Of a stretch of 64,000 bases of DNA, positions 37,600-61,362 are shown piece by piece. The stretch comes from Macrostomum lignano (taxonomy: Eukaryota), in NCBI GenBank assembly GCA_002269645.1, contig NIVC01001357.1:173593-237592 (forward strand), given 5' to 3'. Position numbers and translations under genes: made by a program. Under the pieces are notes generated by a model. The model had not been told where the DNA came from and did no database searches. It saw nothing but the letters and a program-made list of their open reading frames with translations. Within the stretch, counting starts at the first letter, position 1; the number at the start of each line of letters is the position of its first letter.

Positions 37600-40185
37600 G
37601 CTGTTGGGAGTTGTCAGCCTCAAGTTGTCTGAGAATTGGGGCTGTTGGGAGTTGTCAGCCTCAAGTTGTCTGAGAATTGAGACTGTTGGGAGTTGTCAGC
37701 CTAAAGTTGTCTGATAACTGAGACTGTTGGGAGTTGTCAGCCTAAAGTTGTCTGAGAATTGGGGCTGTTGGGAGTTGTCAGCCTAAAGTTGTCTGAGAAT
37801 TGGGCTGTTGGGAGTTGTCAGCCTAAAGTTGTCTGAGAATTGGGGCTGTTGGGAGTTGTCAGCCTAAAGTTGTCTGAGAATTGGGGCTGTTGGGAGTTGT
37901 CAGCCTAAAGTTGTCTGAGAATTGGGGCTGTTGGAAGTTGTCAGCCTCAAGTTGTCTGAGAATTGAGACTGTTGGGAGTTGTCAGCCTAGAGCTGTCTGA
38001 GAATTGGGGCTGTTGGGAGTTGTCAGCCTAGAGCTGTCTGAGAATTGGGGCTGTTGGGAGTTGTCAGCCTAGAGCTGTCTGAGAATTGGGGCTGTTGGGA
38101 GTTGTCAGCCTAGAGCTGTCTGAGAATTGGGGCTGTTGGGAGTTGTCAGCCTAAAGTTGTCTGAGAATTGGGACTGTTGGGAGTTGTCAGCCTAAAGTTG
38201 TCTGAGAATTGGGGCTGTTGGGAGTTGTCAGCCTAGAGCTGTCTGAGAATTGGGGCTGTTGGGAGTTGTCAGCCTAGAGCTGTCTGAGAATTGGGGCTGT
38301 TGGGAGTTGTCAGCCTCAACTTGTCTAAGAATTGAGGCTGTTGGGAGTTGTCAGCCTAAAGTTGTCTGAGAATTGGGACTGTTGGGAGTTGTCAGCCTAA
38401 AGTTGTCTGAGAATTGGGACTGTTGGGAGTTGTCAGCCTAAAGTTGTCTGAGAATTGGGGCTGTTGGGAGTTGTCAGCCTAAAATTGTCTGATAACTGAG
38501 GCTGTTGGGAGTTGTCAGCCTAAAGTTGTCTGATAACCGAGGCTGTTGGGAGTTGTCAGCCTAAAATTGTCTGATAACTGAGACTGTTGGGAGTTGTCAG
38601 CCTAAAGTTGTCTGATAACCGAGGCTGTTGGGAGTTGTCAGCCTAAAATTGTCTGATAACTGAGACTGTTGGGAGTTGTCAGCCTAAAGTTGTCTGATAA
38701 CTGAGGCTGTTGGGAGTTGTCAGCCTAAAGTTGTCTGATAACTGAGACTGTTGGGAGTTGTCAGCCTAAAGTTGTCTGATAACTGAGGCTGTTGGGAGTT
38801 GTCAGCCTAAAATTGTCTGATAACTGAGGCTGTTGGGAGTTGTCAGCCTAAAGTTGTCTGAGAATTGGGACTGTTGGGAGTTGTCAGCCTAAAGTTGTCT
38901 GAGAATTGGGACTGTTGGGAGTTGTCAGCCTAAAGTTGTCTGAGAATTGGGACTGTTGGGAGTTGTCAGCCTAAAGTTGTCTGAGAATTGGGGCTGTTGG
39001 GAGTTGTCAGCCTAAAGTTGTCTGATAACTGAGACTGTTGGGAGTTGTCAGCCTAAAGTTGTCTGATAACTGAGGCTGTTGGGAGTTGTCAGCCTAAAAT
39101 TGTCTGATAACTGAGGCTGTTGGGAGTTGTCAGCCTAAAGTTGTCTGAGAATTGGGACTGTTGGGAGTTGTCAGCCTAAAGTTGTCTGAGAATTGGGACT
39201 GTTGGGAGTTGTCAGCCTAAAGTTGTCTGAGAATTGGGACTGTTGGGAGTTGTCAGCCTAAAGTTGTCTGAGAATTGGGCTGTTGGGAGTTGTCAGCCTA
39301 AAATTGTCTGATAACTGAGGCTGTTGGGAGTTGTCAGCCTAAAGTTGTCTGATAACGAGGCTGTTGGAGTTGTCAGCCTAAAATTGTCTGATAACTGAGA
39401 CTGTTGGGAGTTGTCAGCCTAAAGTTGTCTGATAACCGAGGCTGTTGGGAGTTGTCAGCCTAAAATTGTCTGATAACTGAGACTGTTGGAGTTGTCAGCC
39501 TAAAGTTGTCTGATAACTGAGGCTGTTGGGAGTTGTCAGCCTAAAATTGTCTGATAACTGAGACTGTTGGGAGTTGTCAGCCTAAAGTTGTCTGATAACT
39601 GAGGCTGTTGGGAGTTGTCAGCCTAAAATTGTCTGATAACTGAGGCTGTTGGGAGTTGTCAGCCTAAAGTTGTCTGAGAATTGGGACTGTTGGGAGTTGT
39701 CAGCCTAAAGTTGTCTGAGAATTGGGACTGTTGGGAGTTGTCAGCCTAAAGTTGTCTGAGAATTGGGACTGTTGGGAGTTGTCAGCCTAAAGTTGTCTGA
39801 GAATTGGGGCTGTTGGGAGTTGTCAGCCTAAAATTGTCTGATAACTGAGGCTGTTGGGAGTTGTCAGCCTAAAGTTGTCTGAGAATTGGGGCTGTTGGGA
39901 GTTGTCAGCCTAAAATTGTCTGATAACTGAGACTGTTGGGAGTTGTCAGCCTAAAATTGTCTGATAACTGAGGCTGTTGGGAGTTGTCAGCCTAAAATTG
40001 TCTGATAACTGAGGCTGTTGGGAGTTGTCAGCCTAAAGTTGTCTGAGAATTGGGGCTGTTGGGAGTTGTCAGCCTAAAATTGTCTGATAACTGAGACTGT
40101 TGGGAGTTGTCAGCCTAAAATTGTCTGATAACTGAGACTGTTGGGAGTTGTCAGCCTAAAGTTGTCTAGGAATTGGGCTGTTGGA
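37600..40185. repeat. 41-bp satellite (~63 copies)
   Basis: Unit GGGGCTGTTGGGAGTTGTCAGCCTAAAGTTGTCTGAGAATT with a GATAACTGA subtype. Confidence 0.97.
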
Positions 40186-40639
40186 AAGAAGTTGCCATTC
40201 CAGATCTAGAATTGTAGATCTCCATGGGTAGGAGAACCAGCCTCCTCTCTCCATCTCTCCGCTTCTCAGATTTCTCCGAAATTCGTCCCCAAAGCCGCAG
40301 TGGGCCTGCGGAGGGGAGTTATTTTGAAATTCCCGAACCTAACTATCTTATCCCTCGCTCATTCGTGCAACTCGAACGAGTGCGGCTCAGTAAATGAATC
40401 GATTCGAAAATTTTGCGGCGTGACGCTTGGGAATTATGATGATGGGAGCGCGTGGAAGGCTCACCGGGGCCGATATGGGACCCAACCACCCCGCTGGGTG
40501 CCGCTGGTGGTGGCTGGTTCCACCGGCTGAAAGGAGCGTGACTCGAACTAATTATGTTTTGCGGTGTGCACGCTGCTGGATTCTCAGGGACTGCTTCTGA
40601 TGCATGAGTAAGGGGAAGTGAGCCTAATTGACTGTTACT

Positions 40640-40850
40640 TGGCTGACATTGGACTACTGAGTAGAGTGACAATTGGACTACTGAATAGAGTGACAATTGA
40701 GACTACTGAATAGAGTGACAATTGGGACTGTTAAATAGAAGTGACAAATGTGGACTACTGAGTAGAGTGACAATTGGGACTGTTAAATAGAGTGACAATT
40801 GGGACTACTGAGTAGAGTGACAATTGGACTACTGAATGGAGTGACAATTG
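40640..40850. repeat. 23-24-bp minisatellite
   Basis: Unit ACTACTGAGTAGAGTGACAATTGG(G). Confidence 0.85.
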
Positions 40851-41387
40851 AAAGTCGAAAAATTTTTGTGCAATAAATTTCCTCAGAAGCTGGAAGCCAA
40901 ATAAACTTCGGATATTTTTTCCATTTTGAATTATTTTCTAAAGCTACATGCACTTTTACAAATGCGCATGGGCTGAGGGCCTCGAGCCCCCAGCGATCTG
41001 TCGGGTCAAAGCGCTTCTGGCTCCGCTCGCTCATTTTAAAAGAAAATCGCCATGGGACGATTCCTTCCCAGATCCTCAGCAGCCAATGCCCTTAGGGATT
41101 AGACATGCTAAAGGATGTCTCCAACAGCTTTGATGTCAACTTTATCTATTTATTTCCATCGAGGGTTTTTAACAGATTGGGCATGGAATCTCTGTAATGA
41201 GATTAGTCTAAATCATGTTTCACAGGCTCCTCAAGGGTCATTTTCCCCGATAATGACCTCAAATTGAATTGAGATGCAACCAGAAGTTCCTCGTTGGAAA
41301 TTCGGAAAAATTTCTGTGTCATCATTTTAAACTGGCCCAACTGTTGCATTGTCCGGCAAAGTTGTTGCAAAAATAAGCTCTGTCTAT

Positions 41388-41820
<433 letters not shown>

Positions 41821-42298
41821 GGGTTTCAAAGAACAAGATTGACTGCCGCACCAGTTATTCGGGGTCGCAGCCCTCCCGTCTCCCAGCCACTCAGTCTGAC
41901 ACTTGACAAATGGGCAAAAGTTGGATTTCAGTTTTCGCCTCCCGTAGATTTATTATTTGACAGATGGCAAAGGATTAAGGGATGCAAAAGCAGAACCTTT
42001 TACGGTGCCCGAGGCTGCACTGGTTAAGAGAGCATCTCCCGCCTGCAATCGGGAGAGATTGGCGTGTAAAAATTGACAAGGTTTTCCTGTACACGCAAGA
42101 TAAGGCAGCAGCAGCAAGCAGCGCGAATCCAATAAACTGCGGCTAATGCGCAGGAGACGGCAAAGGAGGCCCCAGGCAGCTCTTACCACCTGTTGGTCCG
42201 CCCTGTTCATGGAGGGTCCGCTCTTGCGGCCATGCAAGCTTGCAGGCTGGTTGGGATGGCGAGAGAGGAAGAATGATTTTCTTGCAGAAGATAAGCCA

Positions 42299-42333
<35 letters not shown>

Positions 42334-42629
42334 AAAAACCTGTGCGGATGTTTTGGAAGAAGGGTCGCTTTGGTTTCAGCTTTCTAATTAAAATCAACGT
42401 ACATCGATGCACCTGTAGATATTGAACCGAAATTCACTGTCACTATTTTTAGCTGTATAAAGTAGGCCACTCTGCATGTAATGTCTGTTTGATATTGCTG
42501 CGGAATCTGCTTCTGGTAAACCTTGGAATGTCCTTAGGAATGTGTTTCGCCTGAGAAGTTATGTGAGTCCTTAGGGAGGGGGTGTACGAGCTTTGAAGCT
42601 AAGGAATGCTTAGGTTTTAAGGTAGTGGA

Positions 42630-43580
42630 TGTCACGGGGAGGAAGGCATGTGGATCTCACAGGGAAGGCTAGGATGTCACAAGGAAGGCTAGGATGTCAC
42701 AAGGAAGGCTAGGATGTCACAAGGAAGGCTAGGATGTCACAAGGAAGGCTAGGATATCACAGGAGAGGCTGGGATGTCACAGGAAAGGCTAGGATGTCAC
42801 AAGGAAGGCTAGGATATCACAGGAAAGGCTAGGATGTCACAGGAAAGGCTAGGATGTCACAGGAAAGGCTAGGATGTCACGGGAAAGGCTAGGATGTCAC
42901 AGGGAGGATGCATGGATGTCACAGGGATGAGGAATGGATGTCACAGGGAGGATGTATGGATGTCACAGGGATGAGGAATGGATGTCACAGGGAGGATGTA
43001 TGGATGTCACAGGGATGAGGAATGGATGTCACAGGGAGGATGCATGGATGTCACAGGGAGGATGCATGGATGTCACAGGGAGGATGCATGGATGTCACAG
43101 GGAGGATGCATGGATGTCACAGGGAGGATGCATGAATGTCACAGGGAGGATGCATGGATGTCACAGGGATGAGGAATGGATGTCACAGGGAGGATGTATG
43201 GATGTCACAGGGATGAGGAATGGATGTCACAGGGAGGATGCATGGATGTCACAGGGAGGATGTATGGATGTCACAGGGATGAGGAATGGATGTCACAGGG
43301 AGGATGCATGGATGTCACAGGGATGAGGAATGGATGTCACAGGGAGGATGTATGGATGTCACAGGGATGAGGAATGGATGTCACAGGGAGGATGCATGGA
43401 TGTCACAGGGAGGATGCATGGATGTCACAGGGAGGATGCATGGATGTCACAGGGAGGATGCATGGATGTCACAGGGAGGATGCATGAATGTCACAGGGAG
43501 GATGCATGAATGTCACAGGGATGAGGAATGGATGTCACAGGGAAGGCGTGGATATCACGGGAAAGACGAGGAGGTCACAG
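42630..43580. repeat. 20-bp then 22-bp minisatellite immediately upstream of the NMDA receptor start
   Basis: GGATGTCACAAGGAAGGCTA switching to GGATGTCACAGGGAGGATGCAT. Confidence 0.95.
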
Positions 43581-43695
43581 GGGGGAGGCGGGGCCGCCAC
43601 ACGTAGGAGCCTGTGAGCATCACTGAAAAGTGTGAATGTCACCAGAACTGACGGCACAGTTTCCACACGAATTCCGCCGCCACCCCACAGTTGCC

Positions 43696-54094
<10,399 letters not shown>

Positions 54095-54206
54095 ACAAGA
54101 TTCTAATTCTTGCTCCGACATCATTCATTTGATTTCCCAAAATATACTTAGCAACAGTAAAAAATTCTCACTTATTGCGACAACTTCTCACTCACAATTA
54201 AACCCT

Positions 54207-54736
54207 CCGGGGGGGTCTTTCTCGAAAGCAACTTACGATTGACCATAGACGTAAGTTGGGTAAGCTACACTTACGGGTTGCTCGAAGGGCTCGCAAGTTA
54301 GCTATGCGTAAGATTGATCGCAACTTTACGAGTTCGTAACTTTGCGCAAAAGACTGTTTCTCGAAACGTTCGTATGTCTATGGTCTTTCGTAAGGTTGAT
54401 CTTAACCCTACGACTGCTCGGTATCAGTCGTAAGACGCACTTAAGCACTAATCGCATAGTGCGTGAAGCTTTAGTCAAGCCAAGTCAAGTTAAACTTTAT
54501 CGAAAGTGGGTCTTTCTCGAAAGCAACTTACGATAGACTAAGTAAAGATATTTGCAGATTTATGACCATAGACATGCAACTTTTCGTTTCAGATACGACT
54601 TACTAACAGCGTAAGCCACGCAAAGTCTAAGTGAGTTTTGAGAAAGTCTTACGAGCAAACTTACGCTACACGTAAATTTCTTTCTTACGATCTAACTTAC
54701 CATAGAACTTACGTGAGTTTCGAGAAACACCCCCGG
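54207..54736. mobile_element. MITE with ~20-bp TIRs (Harbinger-like termini)
   Basis: CCGGGGGGGTCTTTCTCGAAA at left, TTTCGAGAAACACCCCCGG at right; internal CTTACG/CGTAAG and CCATAGAC motifs; no clear TSD. Confidence 0.65.
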
Positions 54737-54844
54737 TTACGCAACTTGGAAGGGAAAGTTGATTGAATCAATAATAAACGTCAGTCGCAAAAATCAACAG
54801 TTTATTTATTATGCAATATGCAGTTAGAATCGCGATGCTTAACA

Positions 54845-55180
54845 ACGCGTGTGAGATCCCCTCGCACGCAGAAGTGCATGCGGCTACTCTGCGGGGCATC
54901 CCCAGGATGAGGCGGCACAGAAAGTCTGGGGAAGCTGCTGCCAAGCGTTTTCAATGGCATGACGCAGCTGCGCAACATTCTGTGGTGAATTCTCTTTTCG
55001 AATAGTACATTAATACCCATGCTTTAAGGGCGTTAATGAGAAATCAGAGGGCATAGACAGATTCTTTCACGGCAGCAATTGCGTAAGCTGAAGCCGCGTA
55101 GCCATTACCTTTGTGCGAGCGGGCACAAAGGTCATAGTCCCAGACATGCTCGATGGGATTGGGACCGGGAAGGCTAGTGC
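54845..55180 (-). pseudogene. Tc1/mariner transposase C-terminal remnant
   Basis: NPIEHVWD, PQNVAQLRHAIENAWQQLPQ, LILGMPRRVAAC and RGDLTRV fragments in shifting frames follow the Tc1 C-terminal consensus. Confidence 0.7.
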
Positions 55181-55795
55181 AGAGTGCGCAGCTGTAGCTG
55201 TTCTTCCAGTTGACTAACAGCATCAGCTCGGTGTGTCGGCGTAATGGTACCATTAAGCAGATCCAGTCTTCCAGCGTGCCGTAAGTGCGTCACTCGCAAT
55301 AAGTAAGAGAGAAATTTATCTCGCGTGTAGGGTGGAACTTTTGACTGTTGCCGAGTAGGAATCTCAGTCTGTAGTTGAAAAGCTAATTCGAATCATTTGC
55401 CAGCCACATATTTAACTGCGCAAGCCAATCAACGAGCGTGGAAATATTGCAACCGCTTTCAACCGCTTTTAAGTGTAAATAAAATTAAATAAAGACGCTG
55501 GTTTTCGAAATAAGGCTACATGAACAACCTATGTGCTGATATATACTTGGTCTATTTATTTTGCGAATCAGAACGTCACAACAACAACTACTTGCTTGCC
55601 AATGAGGAATTAAAAAATGTTATTTTAGAGAGTGCGGAGTATTTTCCAAGAGGAATATTGACTTATGAAAAATGGCAAGTATTGGGGAAGAAATGGGAAT
55701 TGGCCCAGCCCAGCCTGCGCTTAAGTCCGTATTGGGAATTCTAGTTTGCCAACAACTGCAAGTGTCCCGACTGCGTCTCGCCGCTGATTCTCCGT

Positions 55796-56621
55796 TCACT
55801 TCTCGGTCACTTCCATCTTGTTCTCCACCGGAATGTCGCGCGGCTCCGGCAGCGCCAGATTCGGCGCCGGCGCCTCGATCTGCAGGGTGCCGCAATCGGT
55901 CAGCCGGCTGACCAGACGCTCCCGGTCGACGCCCTGCGGCAGGGTGAACTCTCGGTGCATGCTGCGGTGCACCAGCTGGCCTTCACGCTCGTCGCGATGC
56001 TCGGCGCGGACGACAACTCGGTCGCCGACCTGGCGCACTGTAACCTCCTCCGGGTGGAAGTCGCGAACCGGCACGGTGACCTGAAGCGAGTCTCGCCGTC
56101 TTCTCGTCCTTCACCAGCTGCTCGTGCACGGAGGTGATGCCCGGACCGCGCAGCAGGCTACGCATCTCGTCCCAGCTGTTAGCACCCAGCTGGGCCAGGG
56201 CGTTGCTGGCGTCGCCGCTGCCGCTCTTCTCAGCGCGGATGTAGGGCGCCCGCACGACGAGGAAGCCCTCCTTGGTCATGCGAGTCTCCACTTTGTCAGC
56301 GTCCACATCCTCCGGAAGGGCGACGGTCTTGCGCACCTCGGACATGTCTTCGCCTTCCTGGCGCTTGGCGTGAATGCGCACCTTGCGATCCTCTACCTTG
56401 ACGGCCACCTCGTCAGCGCGGAAGTCGCTCAGCTTGACGGCGGTGCTGAAGTAGCGGTGATGGGCGGCCCGGTGACGCTTGGGCTGCAGGTTGCGCTCCA
56501 GCTCGTAGAACGGGTGGAACAGGGCATCGCTGAACAGGTCGTTGAAGTCCTCGAAGATGCTCTGCATCCGGTTCGGATACTCGAACGACTTGAACACGTT
56601 GCTCGGATAGAGGGCGGACAT
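55796..56621 (-). CDS. Small heat-shock protein with two alpha-crystallin domains (p40/major-egg-antigen-like), with a frameshift near 56080-56095
   Basis: Domain 1 VKLSDFRADEVAVKVEDRKVRIHAK...KTVALPEDVDADKVETRMTKEGFLVVRAP; domain 2 VPVRDFHPEEVTVRQ...HREFTLPQGVDRERLVSRLTDCGTLQIEAP...IPV in a different frame; ATG 56621, TGA 55796-55798. Confidence 0.88.
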
Positions 56622-56735
56622 CTTAATCAAGTTAGCTCTGAGAAGAGAAAGGAGAAAACAGGACAATCTGCAGACAGGAAGCGTCAAAATGTTATTGAAG
56701 TGGCAGTGAAGAGACAGCCAGCGAGTCTGGCCTGG

Positions 56736-56742
56736 TTATATA
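56736..56742 (-). promoter_or_regulatory. TATA box upstream of the sHSP gene
   Basis: TATATAA on the minus strand, Inr-like TCAC ~30 nt downstream, CCAAT-like site near 56880. Confidence 0.55.
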
Positions 56743-57778
56743 GACAGCGGCTTGGCTTCCAGTCGGGGGTGTGGCAGAGAGACTAACTCACCAAGTTCAG
56801 ACTGTTGTGCACTGCGCTTAAGCCTAATTCGTAGCTTAGTTGCGCCTCTATTTCGCAATAATAAATTGGACAGTTCTGATTGGCCTGTCTAGGCCAGAGG
56901 TGTGTTTTATAATTAATTGAATCGGCTTGGCTTGCAGGTAATTCCAGTCTGCACAGGTCTGAACTGAATCGGGGCGGATCGATAATTATCAGTCGACTAG
57001 ACTGCGAGTTCTATAAATTGAATAGCTCTATTGACTCTGTGTACACTAGCTTAATTAGGTCATTTCTTATCGCTAATTGGCCTAGCGCTGGTACATTCAT
57101 TGTACAATAAGGCCGCCATGGAAGACTTACTAGCGCTGTTTATCAACTTCCAATTGGCAAAACAGCTTCTGTTTTGGACAACAAATACAACTTAGTAAGA
57201 TAAAAGTACACCAAGGTTACAAGTGCATGCACTGACGACTCAGACATGATGACTCACCTATACTTACTGATGAAAAATCCTTCAACTGTTGAATGAGCTA
57301 TTATGCTATGCAGTTAATTGATCCGTGAGAGTTGATCGAAAGGATTGCAATGGGACACAATGCGTCTGCTAAGAGAGTAAGATTTGGGACTTGTAGTGCT
57401 AAATATTCTGAGCCGGTTTAGTCTCTAATATATATCCTACAGACGGGCCCGACTAGCCTGTATTTCATTCTTTTAAGCTATTGTATTATTGTCCATGGCT
57501 GAAAGTAAGAGAGTTCGAGAATTTAGTACTTTTTTGTACCTTCGAGTACATTATAGTTAGTGGTTGATTTTTATTACTTATAGTAGGGATTGCGAGAATA
57601 TCAATGAAATGCATCAAGTATAAAACAAAGAAGCTTTTTGCCATAGATAAAAGTGGCTAGATTTTCTTTTATCTTCTAAAACTAGGCAATTCCAGTTGGT
57701 AGCCCTGCTGCCGAAAGACCACGTTCACTCACTCCTGCTTCTCTGCGTCTAATGGCCAATGGATTGCCCATGCTCGGC

Positions 57779-58081
57779 AGTATATACTCAACAACATTGA
57801 AAAGTCGCAACCTTTGAGAGTGCGCAGTAAATTCTAGCTCAGTATTATTGACTTTTGAGTGACGCAACTTGCGCCACGCGACGCAGAGTTGGGCTGGGTG
57901 AGGAGGGATTGGGAAGAGCGGAGGACGAAGATTGGATGGATTGAAACCTCCGCCCGGTTTTCATTGTTTTTTTCAAGATTTTTTAATATCAAAATGGTTG
58001 GCCAGGTGATAGATGCTGGTCGAAAGACACTGCTCACTGGGGCAAAGGGTGGCGACTTTTCAATGTTGCTGAGTATAGACT
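57779..58081. mobile_element. ~300-bp MITE with ~37-bp imperfect TIRs
   Basis: AGTATATACTCAACAACATTGAAAAGTCGCAACCTTT versus AAAGGGTGGCGACTTTTCAATGTTGCTGAGTATAGACT. Confidence 0.7.
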
Positions 58082-58268
58082 CTAGTTAGTTTATGATTAA
58101 TGGAAGGTTAATATGAAGCGAAAATTTAAGTTAATGGTCAAAGGTCACGAGCAAAGAATAGCTCAGTATTCTTTGGTCACGAATGTGCGTAGTATCTGCA
58201 TTGATTGAATTGTCTGTGGTCGAAACAAGACTCAGTTAATGACCAGCCATTAAGCAGGGGTTTATTAC

Positions 58269-58451
58269 CGTGAAGTGAGACATTGTCGGCTGATTTTCCA
58301 TGCAAGAATGGCATTCTTGCACTCTTTTGCGTGCAGGAATGGATGTCTATGGTAAAATCTCACTGAAAAAGCATTAGGCGCAGAAATGCATTCCTGCACG
58401 GTTTTGTGCATTCCTGCACGATGAATCATCCGACAATGGAATTCCTTCACG
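58269..58451. mobile_element. Palindromic MITE-like element with near-central GTCTATGG
   Basis: CGTGAAG/CTTCACG and CATTGTCGGCTGA/TCATCCGACAATG arms; internal inverted GTGCAGGAATG/CATTCCTGCAC repeats. Confidence 0.55.
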
Positions 58452-58527
58452 TTCACTCGTGCGTGAAGGACATCGTGCACTCGTGACCGTGCAGGAATAT
58501 ATCAATGTATCTGAGTCTTGAGTCTTG

Positions 58528-59042
58528 ACACCTTTTTGCGTTCTAGTTCGATAAAACTGCATTCAACTTCGGCATCAGCTACGGCCGTACTCGTACATCC
58601 AAACTTGCTTGCTGATGAGTGCACAGGTTTTTGCGTGTTCAATTACACTTTAACTGTACTCCAAATGCAGTACTTGTTCAGAATCTAAGAAATCCCTCTC
58701 TAATTCTGTCTTTATTCCCTTCTTAGATTGGCGCTGTCGAAATTGAGTGCAGTTTGCCGAAATTGAAAATAAGTTTTGGGTTTAGATGCGCTTATTTCCA
58801 TAGACAGTCTGTGTCTGAGGCGCTGCTGGCTGCCGAAATTGAATGCAGTTTGCCGAATTTGAATATCAGTTTGTCTAAATGGAAACTCGAGTTACCGAAA
58901 TTGAATGCAGTTTGCCGAAATTGTTTCTCGGTTTGTCGAATTCGAATGTAGTTTGGATGTGCGGCCGTAGCTGATGCCGAAAATGAAAGTCAGTTTGCCG
59001 AAATTTAATGCAGTTTTATCGAAATAGAGCGCAAAAAGGTGT
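58528..59042. mobile_element. ~515-bp fold-back MITE with ~75-90-bp arms and internal TTTGCCGAAATTGAA repeats
   Basis: ACACCTTTTTGCG...TTCGGCATCAGCTACGGCCG...ACATCCAAACT is mirrored at 58950-59042. Confidence 0.75.
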
Positions 59043-61330
59043 ACGCTCGTAGTGCGTGTGTTAAATGACTTGTGTACTGTGTAAGAAACGCAGTTTTCTT
59101 GGTTTGAACACATTAAACAAAGCGCGGTCGAGCAGCGTGAACAAAACGCAGGTCCGCGTGTAAGAAACGTAGTGTCTGGACCATAGACAACTGCATCGAT
59201 TACGCGCTGACCAAAGTACGACGTATATTTATTTTTTCAGGATGCAAGTAAACTGATTATATTTACACAGAGCAAATTCAACACCGTTCATAGAAAGTAA
59301 ACTCACAATGTAAATCAGTGATTCCATCATCCATGTCGTCTCGAACCACGAAACACTCAGTCGTAGAGTTGTCAGTGGAAATTGAACACCATTAAGTCGA
59401 TTGCCAATCGTAGACGAATCCGTGTAACAGTGGCAGACGGTAAATGTATTGATTGACTGACCAATTGTCACTGACTCGATAGTTGAAACAACCGCGCCTT
59501 CTTGCCTGGCAGCTATTGGCATACATGTGGGATCTTTCTTGCGGGCTGATACCAGATTCTTGCCATCGGAATGCAGCGACACAGCGACAGACTCTGTGAC
59601 ATTTGCCGCATCTCGGCATCTCGTCGACTGCCAAATCGAAGGTACCGCGATATCCACGGTCCTTTAATTAGAGCGGGCTCCATTCTAAAGTTCTATTTGC
59701 TATCTCAATCTTAGATTACTCCTTTCCTTTCTTATAGTCTTAAAGTCAGTGTGAAAGGAGAGTTCTCTATGGGTGACGGCGATTCAGTGCAGCGTGTAAG
59801 AAGCGAAGCCGCATGTCTATGAAATATACTATTGAGATTACAATGACACTAATATATCGATGCTTTGTGATAAAATAGTCTATGGCACAAGTCACGCGGC
59901 ATCGACATATTAATCTTCCATTTTCTTATAAAAAGCAGGAGACATGCAGTAATTGCAAGAAAGAAACTAAAATCAGCCCACCCCGAAACCAGTGGTCAGC
60001 ATACAAGTGGCAGATCGATAACTCTCCACTCTCTGCAGTTTTTTACCAGCCTAAGCTGGGCCTTGTGACGCAAATTTCACCATCTACAGTTCAGTTGGTT
60101 CTTGTACGGCAGGCACGTCTCCAGATGCAGCACAGCGGCAGGTGTTGCTCAGAAACCAGGGGTCGCAAAAATCCCGATCGGGATCGCAGGGATTATAACA
60201 TGTACACACCGTGTACAGTGTATAGTTTGCACACCATACAGTCAACATCAGAGCTTTATAGACTCACGTCACAACTCACAAGCATGGCTGATAAGTCACA
60301 CAGACTCGCAAGCTTAAGATCTTTAAATGGTTTTTTCGACCCCCCCCCAAGCTTAGACCATAGACATGTCCCGGGCCACACATTGATGAGTTCATAAATG
60401 TATGACAGCGATTTCCATATCAAGACGCGCTATTTATGGTAGACTCAGATATTTACATTATTCGCATTGGGACATGAGCAGATCCCGAAACTTCACATTG
60501 TCTAAATTCTTAACCAGCCGTTTCACAACCCGAGGTGCACTGGAAAGACTCTCGGGATACTTCACGAAGCCGAAGCAAAATTTTGGCACTTCCCATTCCT
60601 CAATCTTCGTTTTCATTTCCAAAAGTTGCTAAGCAAATTGCATGTAAAACTTTTTGAAGCACCATGAAGTAAAAATTAGTTAGCTTTAACCTTGAATAAA
60701 GAAATGAATTATTAGCTCAACAATGATTACCTAATTCAGCGCATAAAATAATTATTCCTCTTGCAACTCTGAAGTCTAGCTCACTGATTATGTTAGGTTC
60801 CATACATGTACAACCATATTTCAGCCATTCAGGTTTGTGAAGTCTCGTATCTCTCCAGAGCAATTCGACGCGAAACAACCCCACGCAAGCTGATGCAAGC
60901 AAATATTTAAAAAAAGCTTTTACTTTAATAAACTATCGCGTAAATGACAGTTGCTGCGTCATTTGATTTCACCTCATGGAGAATTTCCAAAAACAGAAAC
61001 AAGTCCTCAATTGCATTTTACGCTTTATAAAGTTATCTACTCAACATATCGGGCCAACTAGAATTTGTCTTGCAGTGAAGAATTTAATTTAAAATTATTG
61101 GGCAAATGAATTAATTTTATCTTACTATTACCAAAATTTCGCAAAATTGTATTCCTAGCCATTTATTTACATATATGTGGTAGGTACAACTTTAGTATAA
61201 AAGTACTCAGTACAATGCTCTCTTAAAAAAATTTCTTGACCTCCGGTCATAAAAAATTGATTGAATTGTTCGTTAGACGGTAACTATAGTGAACGTAAAA
61301 TCGTAATGAATGTGAAAAAGATATTGATGT

Positions 61331-61337
61331 AAAAAAA
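61331..61337 (-). terminator. Pol III T-run terminator of the tRNA
   Basis: T7 on the minus strand ~25 nt after the tRNA 3' end. Confidence 0.7.
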
Positions 61338-61362
61338 CCCGTCATGGGCCTCTTATTTAGCT

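Noticed and set aside
56745-57200. Heat-shock elements upstream of the sHSP gene
   Set aside because: No convincing nGAAnnTTCn array found by eye.
59229-60397. 142-aa and 171-aa ORFs
   Set aside because: No recognisable domain, AT-rich non-biased codons, embedded among MITE-like sequences.
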